Positions 23,565 to 34,140 of a DNA stretch of 64,000 bases are shown here, one piece after another. Under the pieces are notes generated by a model. That model ran no database searches. It saw nothing but the letters and a program-made list of their open reading frames with translations, and was not told the DNA's origin. The position numbers and the translations under genes were made by a program. The stretch's first letter is position 1. Every line of letters starts with the position of its first letter. Source of the DNA: a bacterium (GTDB taxonomy: Bacteria > Patescibacteriota > Microgenomatia > JAMCZE01); assembly GCA_021836035.1 (NCBI GenBank), contig JAKBJL010000004.1, forward strand, positions 3,841-67,840. The letters are read 5' to 3'.

Positions 23565-24251
23565 TTAACTTTTTAACTTGACAATTGCAATGCGGGCGGC
23601 TTCCTGCTCTGCCTCCTGTTTGCTTTTCCCTGAACCTTCTCCGAGGAAATGTTCGCCAACGGAAACACCGATGAGGAAGGTTTTATCATGATCTGGTCCA
23701 ACCGTACTGATCACTTTGTAGGTCGGAGATAATTTTTGTTTCCGCTGGGTGATTTCCTGTAGTTTGCTTTTGAAATCCAGCTGATCTTTGTGTTTATTGA
23801 TATCGGCTACAATTGGAAAAAGATTTTCTCGGAGAAACTTGCGGGCGGCGGTTAACCCCTGGTCCAGATAAATAGCGCCCAGAACCGCCTCAAAGGTGTC
23901 TGCCAGGAGCGAGGTGTTTTCCCGCCCTCCGCTTCTTTCTTCTCCTTTGCTCATTAGAATGTGTTGCCCGAGAAGCAGTGAACGGGCAATGCTGGCAAGA
24001 GTTTGGGTTCTTACTAGTCCGGAACGGAGATTAGTGAGCTCACCTTCCGCATAGCGGGTGAAACGGCCATATAATTCCTCCGCTGTTAAAAGCGATAAAA
24101 CGCTGTCGCCTAAAAATTCCAGTCTTTCATTGGATTCTTTTACTTCCCGATTTTCGTTTAGGTAAGAGCGGTGGACTAAAGCTTGATTTAATAAGCGGAC
24201 ATCGCGGAATTTTATGTCTAATTGATTTTCCAGGGCGGATAGGTCTTTCAT
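23565..24251 (-). CDS. rnc: Ribonuclease III
   Basis: ERLEFLGDSVLSLL RNase III signature, plus the C-terminal dsRBD. Confidence 0.92.
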   Translation of the reverse strand: MKDLSALENQLDIKFRDVRLLNQALVHRSYLNENREVKESNERLEFLGDSVLSLLTAEELYGRFTRYAEGELTNLRSGLVRTQTLASIARSLLLGQHILMSKGEERSGGRENTSLLADTFEAVLGAIYLDQGLTAARKFLRENLFPIVADINKHKDQLDFKSKLQEITQRKQKLSPTYKVISTVGPDHDKTFLIGVSVGEHFLGEGSGKSKQEAEQEAARIAIVKLKS

Positions 24252-24607
24252 TTTTGTTTAATCGCTTTGCCTAAAGCGCCGTTAATAAAAGAGGGGCTGT
24301 TCTCGCCCCCATATTCCTTGGCTAATTCGATAGCCTCATCGATAACGACCTTCACCGGCTCCGATTTTTTTATAAAAAGTTCGAAAACAGCTAAGCGCAG
24401 AATGGCCAGATCCACCGAGTTCATCCTTTCCTTAGGAAATTCCGGCGCCGAAGACTCGACTATTTTATCGATTAACTCCAGACGATCAATGACTTCTCTG
24501 GCGATCGGGTTATTAACCTTCTCCCGTGATTTTTGAAAGTTCCAGGAAAAAATCGCTTCTATAGCGTGTTCCCTCGCCAGGTGGCGTTTATCCTTCCGGG
24601 TGATCAT
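24248..24607 (-). CDS. nusB: Transcription antitermination factor NusB
   Basis: RHLAREHAIEAIFSW...VDLAILRLAVFEL...AIELAKEYGGENSPSFINGALG. The start is trimmed to MITRKDKRHL because the longer ORF overlaps rpmF. Confidence 0.75.
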   Translation of the reverse strand: MITRKDKRHLAREHAIEAIFSWNFQKSREKVNNPIAREVIDRLELIDKIVESSAPEFPKERMNSVDLAILRLAVFELFIKKSEPVKVVIDEAIELAKEYGGENSPSFINGALGKAIKQK

Positions 24608-24797
24608 GCGTTTTGGCAACTTTGGGGGAAAAGATCGATTTTCCGCGGAAATATCCGCAATATTTACAGGTTTGGTGCGGGTGAATGAGCTTCCCGCAAT
24701 TCGGACAGGGAATAAGATTTTTGACAAGCAAATTAATACTTTCCCGCCGTCTTCCCTGTCGCCTGGTAGATAATTTTCGTTTGGGTAAAGGTGTCAT
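24588..24797 (-). CDS. rpmF: 50S ribosomal protein L32
   Basis: MTPLPKRKLSTRRQGRRRE...CPNCGKLIHPHQTCKYCGYFRGK. L32 N-terminal motif plus the zinc-ribbon cysteines. The start is trimmed to MTPLPKRK. Confidence 0.8.
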   Translation of the reverse strand: MTPLPKRKLSTRRQGRRRESINLLVKNLIPCPNCGKLIHPHQTCKYCGYFRGKSIFSPKVAKTHDHPEG

Positions 24798-24799
24798 AT

Positions 24800-26860
24800 T
24801 TAATTTGGTGCTACCCCAATTGTAGCTTCCATAAGCGTTTTTCGCAATAACGGAAAGGCTTCCGGCCGGGCGATTACCTCCTTGGCCAGCTTGTCCGCTC
24901 TCTCCACCAGCGATAAATTGTCGAAGCTGGCGATTTTCAACCCCCATTTACCGTGTTGAGCAAGCCCGTAGCGCTCTCCCGGTCCGCGGAATTTTAAGTC
25001 CATTTCCGCTAATTCCAGACCGTCATGAATAGTTTCCAAATTTTTAAGGCGTTTAGCGGTCCAGGGTGATTCGTTTTGGGAAAAGAGCAGACAATAAGCC
25101 TGTTCAGTGCCCCGGCCGACCCTCCCCCGGAGTTGGTGCAGCTGTGCAAGCCCAAAACGGTCTGCGCCTTCAATTAGCATAATGTTTGCCTGGGGAATAT
25201 CAATGCCCACCTCGACCACTGGGGTAGCTACGAGGATGTCTAATTCTCCCCGGCGGAATTCGGTCAGAATCCGCTCTTTTTCCTTGGGGCGCATGCGTCC
25301 GTGGAGGAGTCCTAGTTTCAGATCGGGAAATATTTCTTTGCGGAGTTTTTCGTATTCGGCCTTGGCGGATTTAACCGTTAGAAGAGTTTCTGCCTCTGAC
25401 TCCTCTATGAGCGGGCAAATAATAAATGTTTGGGTGTTTTGTTTTTTAATCCATTGATAAGCGGCCATGCGCTTTTCCGGCGGTACCAGCCAGGTTTTTA
25501 CGCGCTGCCTGTTTTTGGGCATCTCGTCTAATACGGAGATATCCAGATCGCCGTATAAAGTCAAAGCAATTGTTCTGGGAATTGGCGTAGCGGTCATGGT
25601 CAGAACATGCGGGTTTAAGCCCTTGGCTGTCAATTTTGCCCTTTGTTCTACCCCGAAACGATGTTGCTCATCAATAACCACTAACCCCAGCTTGTTAAAA
25701 TTTAATTTATCGGAAAGTAGTGCGTGGGTTCCGACGACGACATCATAGCCGGTATAGTCTTTGCGGGATCCGGTGGCAATACCGACACCGATTCCCAGAG
25801 GAGACAACAATTCCTGAAGGGTTTTAAAATGTTGTTCGGCCAGAATTTCCGTAGGAGCCATAAGTACAGCCTGAAAGCCATTTAAATAAGCCGCGAGCAT
25901 GGCCAGTGCAGCCACCACGGTTTTTCCCGAACCGACATCACCCTGAAGCAAGCGGTTCATCGGCGTTTCTCGGGCCAAATCGCGATATATTTCATTAATT
26001 ACTCTTTTTTGGGCTCCGGTCAGGGTAAACGGCAAGCCGGAGACCACTAGTTTCAATTTGCTGCTGACCTCTACAATTTTAAATTTATTGCCGACGGTTT
26101 TTTGCTGCCATTCTTCTTTTCTTTGTTTTGCCTCCAGTTGCGAAATCAGCAGTTCGTCAAAAGCCAATCTTTCGCGCGCTTTCCCGGCTTGTTCTAAATT
26201 TTGGGGAAAATGGACTTGGAATACGGCTTGTTCCAAAGGTATAACTTGATATTTTTCCCGGATATTATCGTCAAGATAGTCTTTAAGGGCAATTTGCTTC
26301 GAGCTGATAGCTTTCAGCAAATGGTTTATTCTATTACGGATCCATTTACTGGTAATGCCGTAAGTCTCAGGGTAAATTGGTACTAAACGTCCCGTATGGA
26401 TAGTATCCTCAGCCTGTTGTGCCGACTTTCCCGGAAGCAGAACAGGGAGAATTTCATAAACGGGTGATTCCAGGTGTAATTTGTGTCCGTCACGGATAAT
26501 TTTACCGGAAAGACTGATACGGTTTCCGGCGCTAATGGTTCTGGTTAGAAATCTTTGGTTGAACCACAATACTTCCAATTTCCCCGTCTCGTCGGCGATT
26601 TCCGCTACCTGCAGGGCAAAACCGCGCCGGGTATATTGATTTTTAAGGGAAACCACTTTACCCTGGACGGTCACAATCTCCCCCTCCTGTAAAGAAGCAA
26701 TATTTGATTTGACGGAAAAGTCTTCATAGCGGGAAGGCAGATGATATAAAAGATCGCTCACAGTCCGGATACCTAACTTTGATAGCCTGCGGGCATATGT
26801 TGGTCCGATCAGGTAAATCCGGGAAATAGGTGTAAAAAGGTTTAATTTTTCAGAGTCCAC
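24800..26860 (-). CDS. recG: ATP-dependent DNA helicase RecG
   Basis: 686 aa. Wedge/OB N-terminal domain, Walker A GDVGSGKTVVA, DEQH box, and helicase motifs VGTHALL and QLRGRVGRG. Confidence 0.9.
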   Translation of the reverse strand: MDSEKLNLFTPISRIYLIGPTYARRLSKLGIRTVSDLLYHLPSRYEDFSVKSNIASLQEGEIVTVQGKVVSLKNQYTRRGFALQVAEIADETGKLEVLWFNQRFLTRTISAGNRISLSGKIIRDGHKLHLESPVYEILPVLLPGKSAQQAEDTIHTGRLVPIYPETYGITSKWIRNRINHLLKAISSKQIALKDYLDDNIREKYQVIPLEQAVFQVHFPQNLEQAGKARERLAFDELLISQLEAKQRKEEWQQKTVGNKFKIVEVSSKLKLVVSGLPFTLTGAQKRVINEIYRDLARETPMNRLLQGDVGSGKTVVAALAMLAAYLNGFQAVLMAPTEILAEQHFKTLQELLSPLGIGVGIATGSRKDYTGYDVVVGTHALLSDKLNFNKLGLVVIDEQHRFGVEQRAKLTAKGLNPHVLTMTATPIPRTIALTLYGDLDISVLDEMPKNRQRVKTWLVPPEKRMAAYQWIKKQNTQTFIICPLIEESEAETLLTVKSAKAEYEKLRKEIFPDLKLGLLHGRMRPKEKERILTEFRRGELDILVATPVVEVGIDIPQANIMLIEGADRFGLAQLHQLRGRVGRGTEQAYCLLFSQNESPWTAKRLKNLETIHDGLELAEMDLKFRGPGERYGLAQHGKWGLKIASFDNLSLVERADKLAKEVIARPEAFPLLRKTLMEATIGVAPN

Positions 26861-27024
26861 AGGCTTATTATATCTTCTTTGGCCGGCAGTGCGGCGCTTA
26901 GCGCAAAGATAGCAGTGGCAGAAGCGAAGTAGCTACCAAGGCGATGGAAGAAATAGCGATTAAAATTTTTAGGAATTTCTCGTGCTTTCTAAAAAAGTTC
27001 ATAATATTAACGGCTAGCGGTTAG

Positions 27025-28203
27025 CTAAGCGAATTTTAAAAATTTTGTTTTTCCGATTTTTAAAATATCACCCGTGTTTATTTTAACATTTTCACCACGG
27101 TGTAGCACTGTGCCGGAGCACTCAACTGCCCCCTGTTCTAAAAGTCTCTTGGCCTCGGTATGGCTAACTTGGCCATATTCAGCAACCAAATTTTCCGCGT
27201 CTACAACATTGCTAGCGGGTGTCGGAACTTGGGGAAGATCCGCTTCGGCTAAGTTCTTTTCCTGAAAAGTTTTGGCAAATTTTTCCTGGGCTTTATCCGC
27301 AGCTATAGTACTGTGCAATTCGCTGACGATTTGATATGCAAGTTCCTTTTTCAAAATCATCGGGTTCTCACCTTTTTTTAACCTCTCCCCTACTTCCTTT
27401 ACCTTCTCCATAGAAACATTTGTGGCTAGGGTAAAATATTGTACGATTAAATTATCGCGCAGAGACATGGCTTTGCCGTACATTTCTTCGGGTGCATCTT
27501 CAATCCAAATAGCATTGCCCCAACTTTTACTCATTCGCCGACCGTCTGTTCCTTCCAAGATAGAATTGGTCATCGCGAATGACTCTCGTCGGTCAAAATC
27601 CTTAATGAGGGTTCTCCCGGCCTGGATATTAAAAATTTGTTCGGTACCTCCTATCTGCAGGTCGGTGTTTAAGTGATAACTATCGTAACCTTGAGCCAAC
27701 GGATAAAGTACCTCGGCCAAATTGATGCTGCCACCTTCACTCAGGCGCTTTTTTATGAGTTCCCGGCTGATAAAATCGTTGAGTGAGAAATGCCGGGCAA
27801 ACTTAATTGCATCACGCATGGTTAATTTATCCAACCATTCACTATTTCGCGCTACTCTCACTTTTGAAAAATCTAGTAATTTTTCTGCTTGTTTTTTATA
27901 GGTTTGCCAGTTATTTTCAATCTGTTCCTCTGTTAGCTGCGGTCTTTCGGTATTTTTGTCGGAGGTATCTCCGATAAACGCGGTGAAATCACCGATGAGG
28001 AAGGTTACCCGATGCCCCATCTCAACTAGTTGTTGCAGCTTCCTTAAGGGGACCGCGTGACCCAAATGAATACGGACGGCTGTAGGGTCAACGCCATTAT
28101 AAATATTTAATATTTTTCCCGATTTCAATAGTTTCGCCAATTCCTCTTTACCGGGAACAATGGTTTCCACTCCCCGGGTTAATAATTCTTCTATCGGATC
28201 CAT
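27025..28203 (-). CDS. tyrS: Tyrosine--tRNA ligase
   Basis: HLGH variant (RIHLGHAV), KMSKS, and the C-terminal S4-like domain. The start is taken at MDPIEELL (28203) so that it does not overlap the divergent PBP start. Confidence 0.88.
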   Translation of the reverse strand: MDPIEELLTRGVETIVPGKEELAKLLKSGKILNIYNGVDPTAVRIHLGHAVPLRKLQQLVEMGHRVTFLIGDFTAFIGDTSDKNTERPQLTEEQIENNWQTYKKQAEKLLDFSKVRVARNSEWLDKLTMRDAIKFARHFSLNDFISRELIKKRLSEGGSINLAEVLYPLAQGYDSYHLNTDLQIGGTEQIFNIQAGRTLIKDFDRRESFAMTNSILEGTDGRRMSKSWGNAIWIEDAPEEMYGKAMSLRDNLIVQYFTLATNVSMEKVKEVGERLKKGENPMILKKELAYQIVSELHSTIAADKAQEKFAKTFQEKNLAEADLPQVPTPASNVVDAENLVAEYGQVSHTEAKRLLEQGAVECSGTVLHRGENVKINTGDILKIGKTKFLKFA

Positions 28204-28261
28204 AAACTTATTATATCCGGAAGCTTTAGAAAATCCACCTACTATGCTAAACTGATGAGGC

Positions 28262-30838
28262 ATGCTCGATCGGTTCCGCGAGTATTTTTACACTCCCAGC
28301 GGTCATTTTCTATGGCTTAAATTTTTCTCCGTCTTCGCCTTTTTGGGTGTCATATTCGTCTTCCTGGCTACAGCGGTAGTTTTTGCCGTCTTCTCTTTTG
28401 ATTTGCCCGACCCCAATAAGGTTATCAGGCGCGAAGGTTATGCGACGATTATCTACGACCGTAACGGGAAAACGCTTTATGATGTCTATAACAAGGAAAA
28501 GCGCATCCCCCTGGAACTTAAAGATATGCCTCGGTATCTACGGCTGGCGACTATTTCTATTGAAGATAAGGATTTTTATAAACACCAGGGCTACTCTCTT
28601 ACCGGAATACTCCGGGCGATAAAAAATATTGTTACCTTACAGGGCCTCTCTGGTGGTTCTACTTTAACCCAGCAGCTGGTTAAAACGGTTCTGCTTTCGC
28701 CGGAACAAACCGTGATGCGTAAAATTCGGGAAGTGATTTTGGCTAACCAGATCGAAAAGAAATTTTCCAAAGACCAGATTCTCCAAATGTACCTTAATGA
28801 AGTTCCTTATGGTGGTTCTGCCTACGGGGTAGAGTCCGCTTCACGTACTTATTTTAATAAATCAGCAAAAGATTTGGATTTAACTGAATCGGCGATTTTG
28901 GCCGGTCTGCCGCAACAGCCGACTAATTATTCGCCCTTCGGTTCACATCCGAAAGCTTATGTTGACCGTACCAAGAGCGTTTTGCGAAGGATGCGCGAAG
29001 ATGGCTATATTAGCGATCAGCAGGAAACTAACGCCCTGAAAGAGCTTGCAACAATGCAATTTGCCAGCGCTTCCGCCGGAATTAAAGCGCCGCACTTCGT
29101 GTTTTATGTCAAGGATCAATTGGTCTCCCGATTCGGCGAACAGATGGTGGAATCCGGAGGTTTGCGGGTGACAACGACTTTGGATTGGGATTTAGAGGAA
29201 CAGGCGGAAAAAATTGTTAATGAGGAGGTTAATAAAATTAAAAAACTGAAAGTCAGCAACGGCGGCTCCATAGTTCTTAATCCTCAAACCGGAGAAATAC
29301 TATCGATGGTGGGTTCTTACGATTATTTTGATAAAGACTTCGGGTCTTATAACATCACTACTGCCCTCCGCCAGCCGGGCTCCGCCGGTAAACCTTTTAT
29401 TTACGCCACCGCTTTTGCTAAGGGGTACACTCCGGCAACCATGCTGATGGATGTAAAGACCGACTACCAAAGCGGTGATCCTCTGCACCCGATTTATACC
29501 CCGGAAAATTATGATTTGAAATATCGCGGACCGTTGCAGCTTCGTTTTGCGCTCGGTAATTCCATCAATACCCTGGCGGTTAAGTTAACCGCCCTGGCGG
29601 GTTTGCGGGATATTATGACCACCGGTTACAACGCCGGCATATCTACTTGGGAGCCGACCGATGAGAACATGAAAACGGTTGGTTTATCGCTGGCCTTAGG
29701 AGGCCGGGAAGTAAAACTATTGGATCTAACAAGCGCTTACGGTGTTTTTGCCACCGGTGGAATCAGGAATGAACCGGTGTCAATTTTAAAAGTGACAGAC
29801 AGCAGCGGAAAAGTCTTATACGAATATCGTCCGGTCACCGGAAGGCGGGTCTTTTCCGAAGAGGTCAGTTTTCTTATTTCCCATATTTTAGCGGACAATA
29901 ACGCTCGTAAGGATGTTTTTGGGGAAAGTAATTTACTGCAGATCGGGGGAAAAACGGTAGCGGTCAAAACAGGAACGACGGATCAAAAGAGAGATAATTG
30001 GGCGATAGGTTATACTCCTTCCCGCGCGATCGGCGTTTGGGTCGGAAATAATAATAATTCTATGATGGACCCCAAGATTGCTTCCGGGGTCACGGGTGCT
30101 ACTCCGATTTGGAATCGCCTGACTAAAGCAGCGTTAAAAGGTCTGCCCAATGAAGAATTTAAGAAGCCGGACGATGTCATCGCTTTGGTTATTGACGCTT
30201 TGGGCGGCGGTTTGCCCCATGGTTCTGACCCGACCAGAAGCGAATACTTTATTAAAGGAACGGAACCGGTAGGATTGGCCGCAATTTATAAAAAATTGAA
30301 AATTTCCAAGGCCAACGGGAAACTAGCTAACGATCTGGAAATCCGGCTGGGAGATTATGAGGAGAAAGAATATATTGTCATTAACGAAAATGATCCGGTA
30401 AGTAATGACGGGAAAAACCGTTGGCAGGAGGGAATTGATAAATGGGTGAATGATAACCGCAAAGATGATTCTCGTTACCACCCGCCGACTGATACATCCG
30501 ACGCCCGCAGTAATTCGGTAGTTATCCAAACGGAAAATCCCCAGGATCATGCGCGCATTGACAGCAACGATGTTCCCGTAAAGGCAAAAGCTTTTTCGGC
30601 GCGCAGTATCGTTAAATTTACTGTTTATGTTGACGGAACGGAGAAATTGAATAAAGACGGGGATACGATTGATGATAAGCTAAGTGGCGTACCCGATGGC
30701 CCGCATGAAATCAAATTCCGGGCCACGGATTCCGCGGGTAATTCCAGCGATTCCGCTGTGAGAATTGGGGTAAAAACGGATTGGGATTATACAGTACCTA
30801 CACCTACCCCCACCACGACCCCGACCCCTACCCCTTAA
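28262..30838 (+). CDS. Class A penicillin-binding protein (transglycosylase + transpeptidase) with a C-terminal extension and PT-rich tail
   Basis: N-terminal TM segment. GT51 motifs (SIEDKDFYKHQGYSL, GGSTLTQQLVK), TPase motifs (SAGKPF... KTGTT), and a C-terminal tail PTPTPTTTPTPTP. Confidence 0.85.
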   Translation: MLDRFREYFYTPSGHFLWLKFFSVFAFLGVIFVFLATAVVFAVFSFDLPDPNKVIRREGYATIIYDRNGKTLYDVYNKEKRIPLELKDMPRYLRLATISIEDKDFYKHQGYSLTGILRAIKNIVTLQGLSGGSTLTQQLVKTVLLSPEQTVMRKIREVILANQIEKKFSKDQILQMYLNEVPYGGSAYGVESASRTYFNKSAKDLDLTESAILAGLPQQPTNYSPFGSHPKAYVDRTKSVLRRMREDGYISDQQETNALKELATMQFASASAGIKAPHFVFYVKDQLVSRFGEQMVESGGLRVTTTLDWDLEEQAEKIVNEEVNKIKKLKVSNGGSIVLNPQTGEILSMVGSYDYFDKDFGSYNITTALRQPGSAGKPFIYATAFAKGYTPATMLMDVKTDYQSGDPLHPIYTPENYDLKYRGPLQLRFALGNSINTLAVKLTALAGLRDIMTTGYNAGISTWEPTDENMKTVGLSLALGGREVKLLDLTSAYGVFATGGIRNEPVSILKVTDSSGKVLYEYRPVTGRRVFSEEVSFLISHILADNNARKDVFGESNLLQIGGKTVAVKTGTTDQKRDNWAIGYTPSRAIGVWVGNNNNSMMDPKIASGVTGATPIWNRLTKAALKGLPNEEFKKPDDVIALVIDALGGGLPHGSDPTRSEYFIKGTEPVGLAAIYKKLKISKANGKLANDLEIRLGDYEEKEYIVINENDPVSNDGKNRWQEGIDKWVNDNRKDDSRYHPPTDTSDARSNSVVIQTENPQDHARIDSNDVPVKAKAFSARSIVKFTVYVDGTEKLNKDGDTIDDKLSGVPDGPHEIKFRATDSAGNSSDSAVRIGVKTDWDYTVPTPTPTTTPTPTP

Positions 30839-30842
30839 TATC

Positions 30843-32852
30843 TTATTTTTCTTTTGGTTTTATCTGGAATTCCCCTTTTAAATTAGCAAGGATTTTGGCG
30901 CGTATTTTAGCAACTTCGGCATCTGCCAAATTTTTTGTCGGATTAAGATAATTAATGCGGAAGGTTTTATTTTCTTCGTGGGAAGCAATCAGTTTTACCG
31001 TATTGACAAGCTTGCTGCTAATTTTAATGGTATCTAGTACGTCGCCTACTAAAACTTTATCCGGGATTGCCAGTGTTAAATCTTCAATGATGGCGGGGTA
31101 TTTTGTTATCGGTTGGTAGGTTTTTACTTTACCGGCTAAGCTTTTGAGTAGATCGAAATCCAATTCCCAATAAACGGCCCTTCCTTTGATGCCAAATTTG
31201 GTAAGCAGGTTGGGGTGTAGTTCGGCGATATATCCTAGGTTTTTCTCTTTGGGCATCGGGATTTTCGCGGTGCGTGCGGGATGAAACCAGGCATTATTTG
31301 CTTCTTCGGCAGGTAAAATTTGGGAGTCAATCCCTAAATCGTTGAATATTAGTTCTATTATTCCTTTGGCCTCCGAAAATCTTTCGCCGTTTAAAATTCC
31401 CGCCAGTTGATATCTTTCCTCATATTTGTCCAAAGATCTGCCCTGATATATCCTTCCCAATTCGAAGACCTTGATATCCGTAAAATTAGGCAGGTTAGTT
31501 TTTAGGGCTTCCAGGAGATTTCCCAAAAGATCAGGGCGCAAATATTCGTATTCATGAGAAATCGGGTTTTGAATTTTTAATGCTTCCCGGGGATCGATTC
31601 CCAGTTTGACTAATTGGTCGGCGGAAATTAAGGAATAGGAATAAATTTCCCCGAAACCCGCACCCTTGAGGATTTCCTTGACGCGGAAGTCTAAACCGGT
31701 ATCGTAAGAATAGGCTACTTTTTCGATGGGAACAACACCGGCGGGTAAAGTTTTCGGGAAGCGGTTGTAGCCATAAAGCCTCCCTACTTCCTCAATGAGG
31801 TCTTCGGGGATATGTAAGTCGTTGCGGAAAGTTGGGACCGTGACTTCATAAACCCCGTTTGCTTCGAGAGCTTCCAACTCTAGCCGCTTAAAAATTTCCT
31901 TGACCCCTTGGGGATCAATTTTAATACACAGCAGGTTCTCGATTTGCTCATGACTAACAGAAACCGTCCAAGGCCGGAATTCGTCTTTCTTGATATCGAT
32001 TAAGTCGCTTCCCACCGTCCCTCCGCCCAGGTCTAAGACAAGCTGTAGGGCCCTGTAGAGCGCTTTTACCGTTCCGCCGGGATCTGCGCCTCTCTCAAAG
32101 ATTGCTGATGCGTCTGAGCGTAAACCCAAAGCTTGAGAAGTGCGGCGGACACGAGTCCCATTATAAATAGGTACATGGAGCAGGATATTTCTGGTGGTTT
32201 GGCTTACTGCGGTATTCTCCCCGCCTTTAATGCCGCAAAGATCAATTACCCGACCTAAGTCTTTGATAATGATCGCGTCCTTCGGCAATTTATAGTTTAT
32301 CCCGTCAAGGCTGCGGAAATCTTCCCCACCGCGAGCTTCCTCAACGACCATTTTCTTACCCCGGATTTTGTCATAGTCAAAGACATGCAGAGGATTACCT
32401 AATTCCCACATTACATAATTAGTAATATCCACCAAGTTATTGATCGGACGCAAACCTACCTGCTTGAGGCGTTTTTGCAGCCAATCTGGTGAAGGCTTTA
32501 CGACTACCCCTTTGACAATAATCGCGGTACAGCGCGGACAAAGGGCAAAGTTATTGATGATTTTAATTTCCATCGGTATACCTCTGGTCTTATAATCATG
32601 AGAAAAAGTCTTCTTCTCGTCGCTATGGGCTTTAAGTTTAGTATTGATTACTGCTGCAATTTCGCGGGCTGTGCCATAGGCGCAAAGGAGATCTGGCCGA
32701 TTAGGAGTTACTTCTGGATCTAATATCGTATCCCCTTCTTTTTCTTCCCATTTTTCTATTGTTAGACCTGCCTCACTCAATTTTACAGCTAGCTCCCCGA
32801 TCGGGATTTTAAATTCCGTAAATTCTTTTAACCAGCTTAATGGCATTAACAT
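30843..32852 (-). CDS. pheT: Phenylalanine--tRNA ligase beta subunit, short form
   Basis: 669 aa. B3/B4, B5 and catalytic-like domains. Immediately downstream of pheS. Confidence 0.85.
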   Translation of the reverse strand: MLMPLSWLKEFTEFKIPIGELAVKLSEAGLTIEKWEEKEGDTILDPEVTPNRPDLLCAYGTAREIAAVINTKLKAHSDEKKTFSHDYKTRGIPMEIKIINNFALCPRCTAIIVKGVVVKPSPDWLQKRLKQVGLRPINNLVDITNYVMWELGNPLHVFDYDKIRGKKMVVEEARGGEDFRSLDGINYKLPKDAIIIKDLGRVIDLCGIKGGENTAVSQTTRNILLHVPIYNGTRVRRTSQALGLRSDASAIFERGADPGGTVKALYRALQLVLDLGGGTVGSDLIDIKKDEFRPWTVSVSHEQIENLLCIKIDPQGVKEIFKRLELEALEANGVYEVTVPTFRNDLHIPEDLIEEVGRLYGYNRFPKTLPAGVVPIEKVAYSYDTGLDFRVKEILKGAGFGEIYSYSLISADQLVKLGIDPREALKIQNPISHEYEYLRPDLLGNLLEALKTNLPNFTDIKVFELGRIYQGRSLDKYEERYQLAGILNGERFSEAKGIIELIFNDLGIDSQILPAEEANNAWFHPARTAKIPMPKEKNLGYIAELHPNLLTKFGIKGRAVYWELDFDLLKSLAGKVKTYQPITKYPAIIEDLTLAIPDKVLVGDVLDTIKISSKLVNTVKLIASHEENKTFRINYLNPTKNLADAEVAKIRAKILANLKGEFQIKPKEK

Positions 32853-32856
32853 ATTT

Positions 32857-33900
32857 TTAGAATTGCTCTAAAACCCGCATGTCCAGGCTATGTAACAAGC
32901 GAATGTCGTCGAGTTGATAACGCAGGATGGCTAAACGGGTTAATCCCATGCCGAAAGCAAAGCCGGTATAAATATGCGGGTCCATGCCGGCGAATTTTAA
33001 AACATGAGGGTGAATCATTCCCGAACCTAATACTTCACTCCAACCTTGATTTTTACAATATGCGCAACCTTTGCCGCCGCAAATGGTACAGCGGATATAG
33101 GCTTCAACACTGGGCTCGGTAAAGTCGAAGTGGGTAGCGTAAAACTTTACCTCGGTTCCCGGAATTAGTTCTTTCAGGAAATAATCTACGGTTCCCAATA
33201 AATCAGTTAAGGAGATTCCGCGATCCACGACAAATCCTTCAAATTGGTAAAACTCAATATTATGAGAAGCATCAACATCGTCAACGCGGTAACATTTTCC
33301 CGGAACCAAAACCCGCAGGGGCGGTTTGCTCTTTTCCATAACCCGCGACTGCATATTAGAAGTATGGGTCCGCAGAAGAATTTCCCCCGGCTGGACTTTA
33401 CTTCCGCGCGGGTCTAAATAAAAAGAAGCCTGCGTGTCGCGCGACGGCGAGTCCGGCGGCATGTTTACTTTTTCAAAGTTGTAATTGTCTGTTTCGATTT
33501 CCGGTCCGGCGGCAATTTGAAAACCTAAGCGTCGGGAAAGGGAAATCACATCTGCCAGGGTCTGTGTCAGTGGGTGCAGATGGCCTTCCGGGGGCCTAAT
33601 TCCCGGTATGGTCACATCAATCCATTCAGCTTCAGCGATATTTTCCTCCCTCTCTTTTTGTAACAGGGCTTTTTGCCGCTCAAGCGCATCCTCAATCATT
33701 TTTTTGACCTCGTTGGCAAAGCGGCCAACAATAACTTTCTGATCCGGTTCCAGTTCCGGGATTTTTTTGATGACCAGAGTCAATTTTCCGGAGTTTTTCC
33801 CCAAATATTCCACCCGGATCTTCTCCAGTTCATTATTGTCACGCACAGCCATGATTTGTGCCAGGGCTTCGTTTTTCAGGTTCAATAACTTTTCCTGCAT
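32857..33900 (-). CDS. pheS: Phenylalanine--tRNA ligase alpha subunit
   Basis: Class II aaRS motifs (FRxE-like ...YFLKELIPGTEVKFYATHFDFTEPSVEAYI..., GSGMIHPHVL...GFAFGMGLTRLAIL). Confidence 0.9.
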   Translation of the reverse strand: MQEKLLNLKNEALAQIMAVRDNNELEKIRVEYLGKNSGKLTLVIKKIPELEPDQKVIVGRFANEVKKMIEDALERQKALLQKEREENIAEAEWIDVTIPGIRPPEGHLHPLTQTLADVISLSRRLGFQIAAGPEIETDNYNFEKVNMPPDSPSRDTQASFYLDPRGSKVQPGEILLRTHTSNMQSRVMEKSKPPLRVLVPGKCYRVDDVDASHNIEFYQFEGFVVDRGISLTDLLGTVDYFLKELIPGTEVKFYATHFDFTEPSVEAYIRCTICGGKGCAYCKNQGWSEVLGSGMIHPHVLKFAGMDPHIYTGFAFGMGLTRLAILRYQLDDIRLLHSLDMRVLEQF

Positions 33901-34011
33901 AGCTTAATTTGTCCCCCGTCTCGCTTCGCTTGCTCGGGACGAGACCCCGTGTCAATTGTAACTAACTATTTAAAGCGTCTCAAGGTCTCTCCTTAGGTAT
34001 CTAGAGGCCTT

Positions 34012-34047
34012 ATAAAAAAACCCCGCTCCATTGCGGGGTCTGGTTTT
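34012..34047 (-). terminator. Rho-independent terminator of the infC-rpmI-rplT operon
   Basis: The plus strand reads aaaaaaaccccgctccattgcggggtctggtttt. On the minus strand this is a GC hairpin followed by a U-run, downstream of the rplT stop. Confidence 0.65.
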
Positions 34048-34140
34048 CCTTCTTTGGGGGGTTTTAAACCACCGAACCATCTCCCGCTTGTGCGAGATTA
34101 AAGAAGAAAAAGAAAAATTTATTTGCCCTGCTCATGTTAA

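Noticed and set aside
28204-28263. Upstream start (28263) for tyrS
   Set aside because: It would make the tyrS and PBP start codons overlap head-to-head (CATG) with no promoter space. The TyrRS-like N-terminus begins at MDPIEELL (28203).
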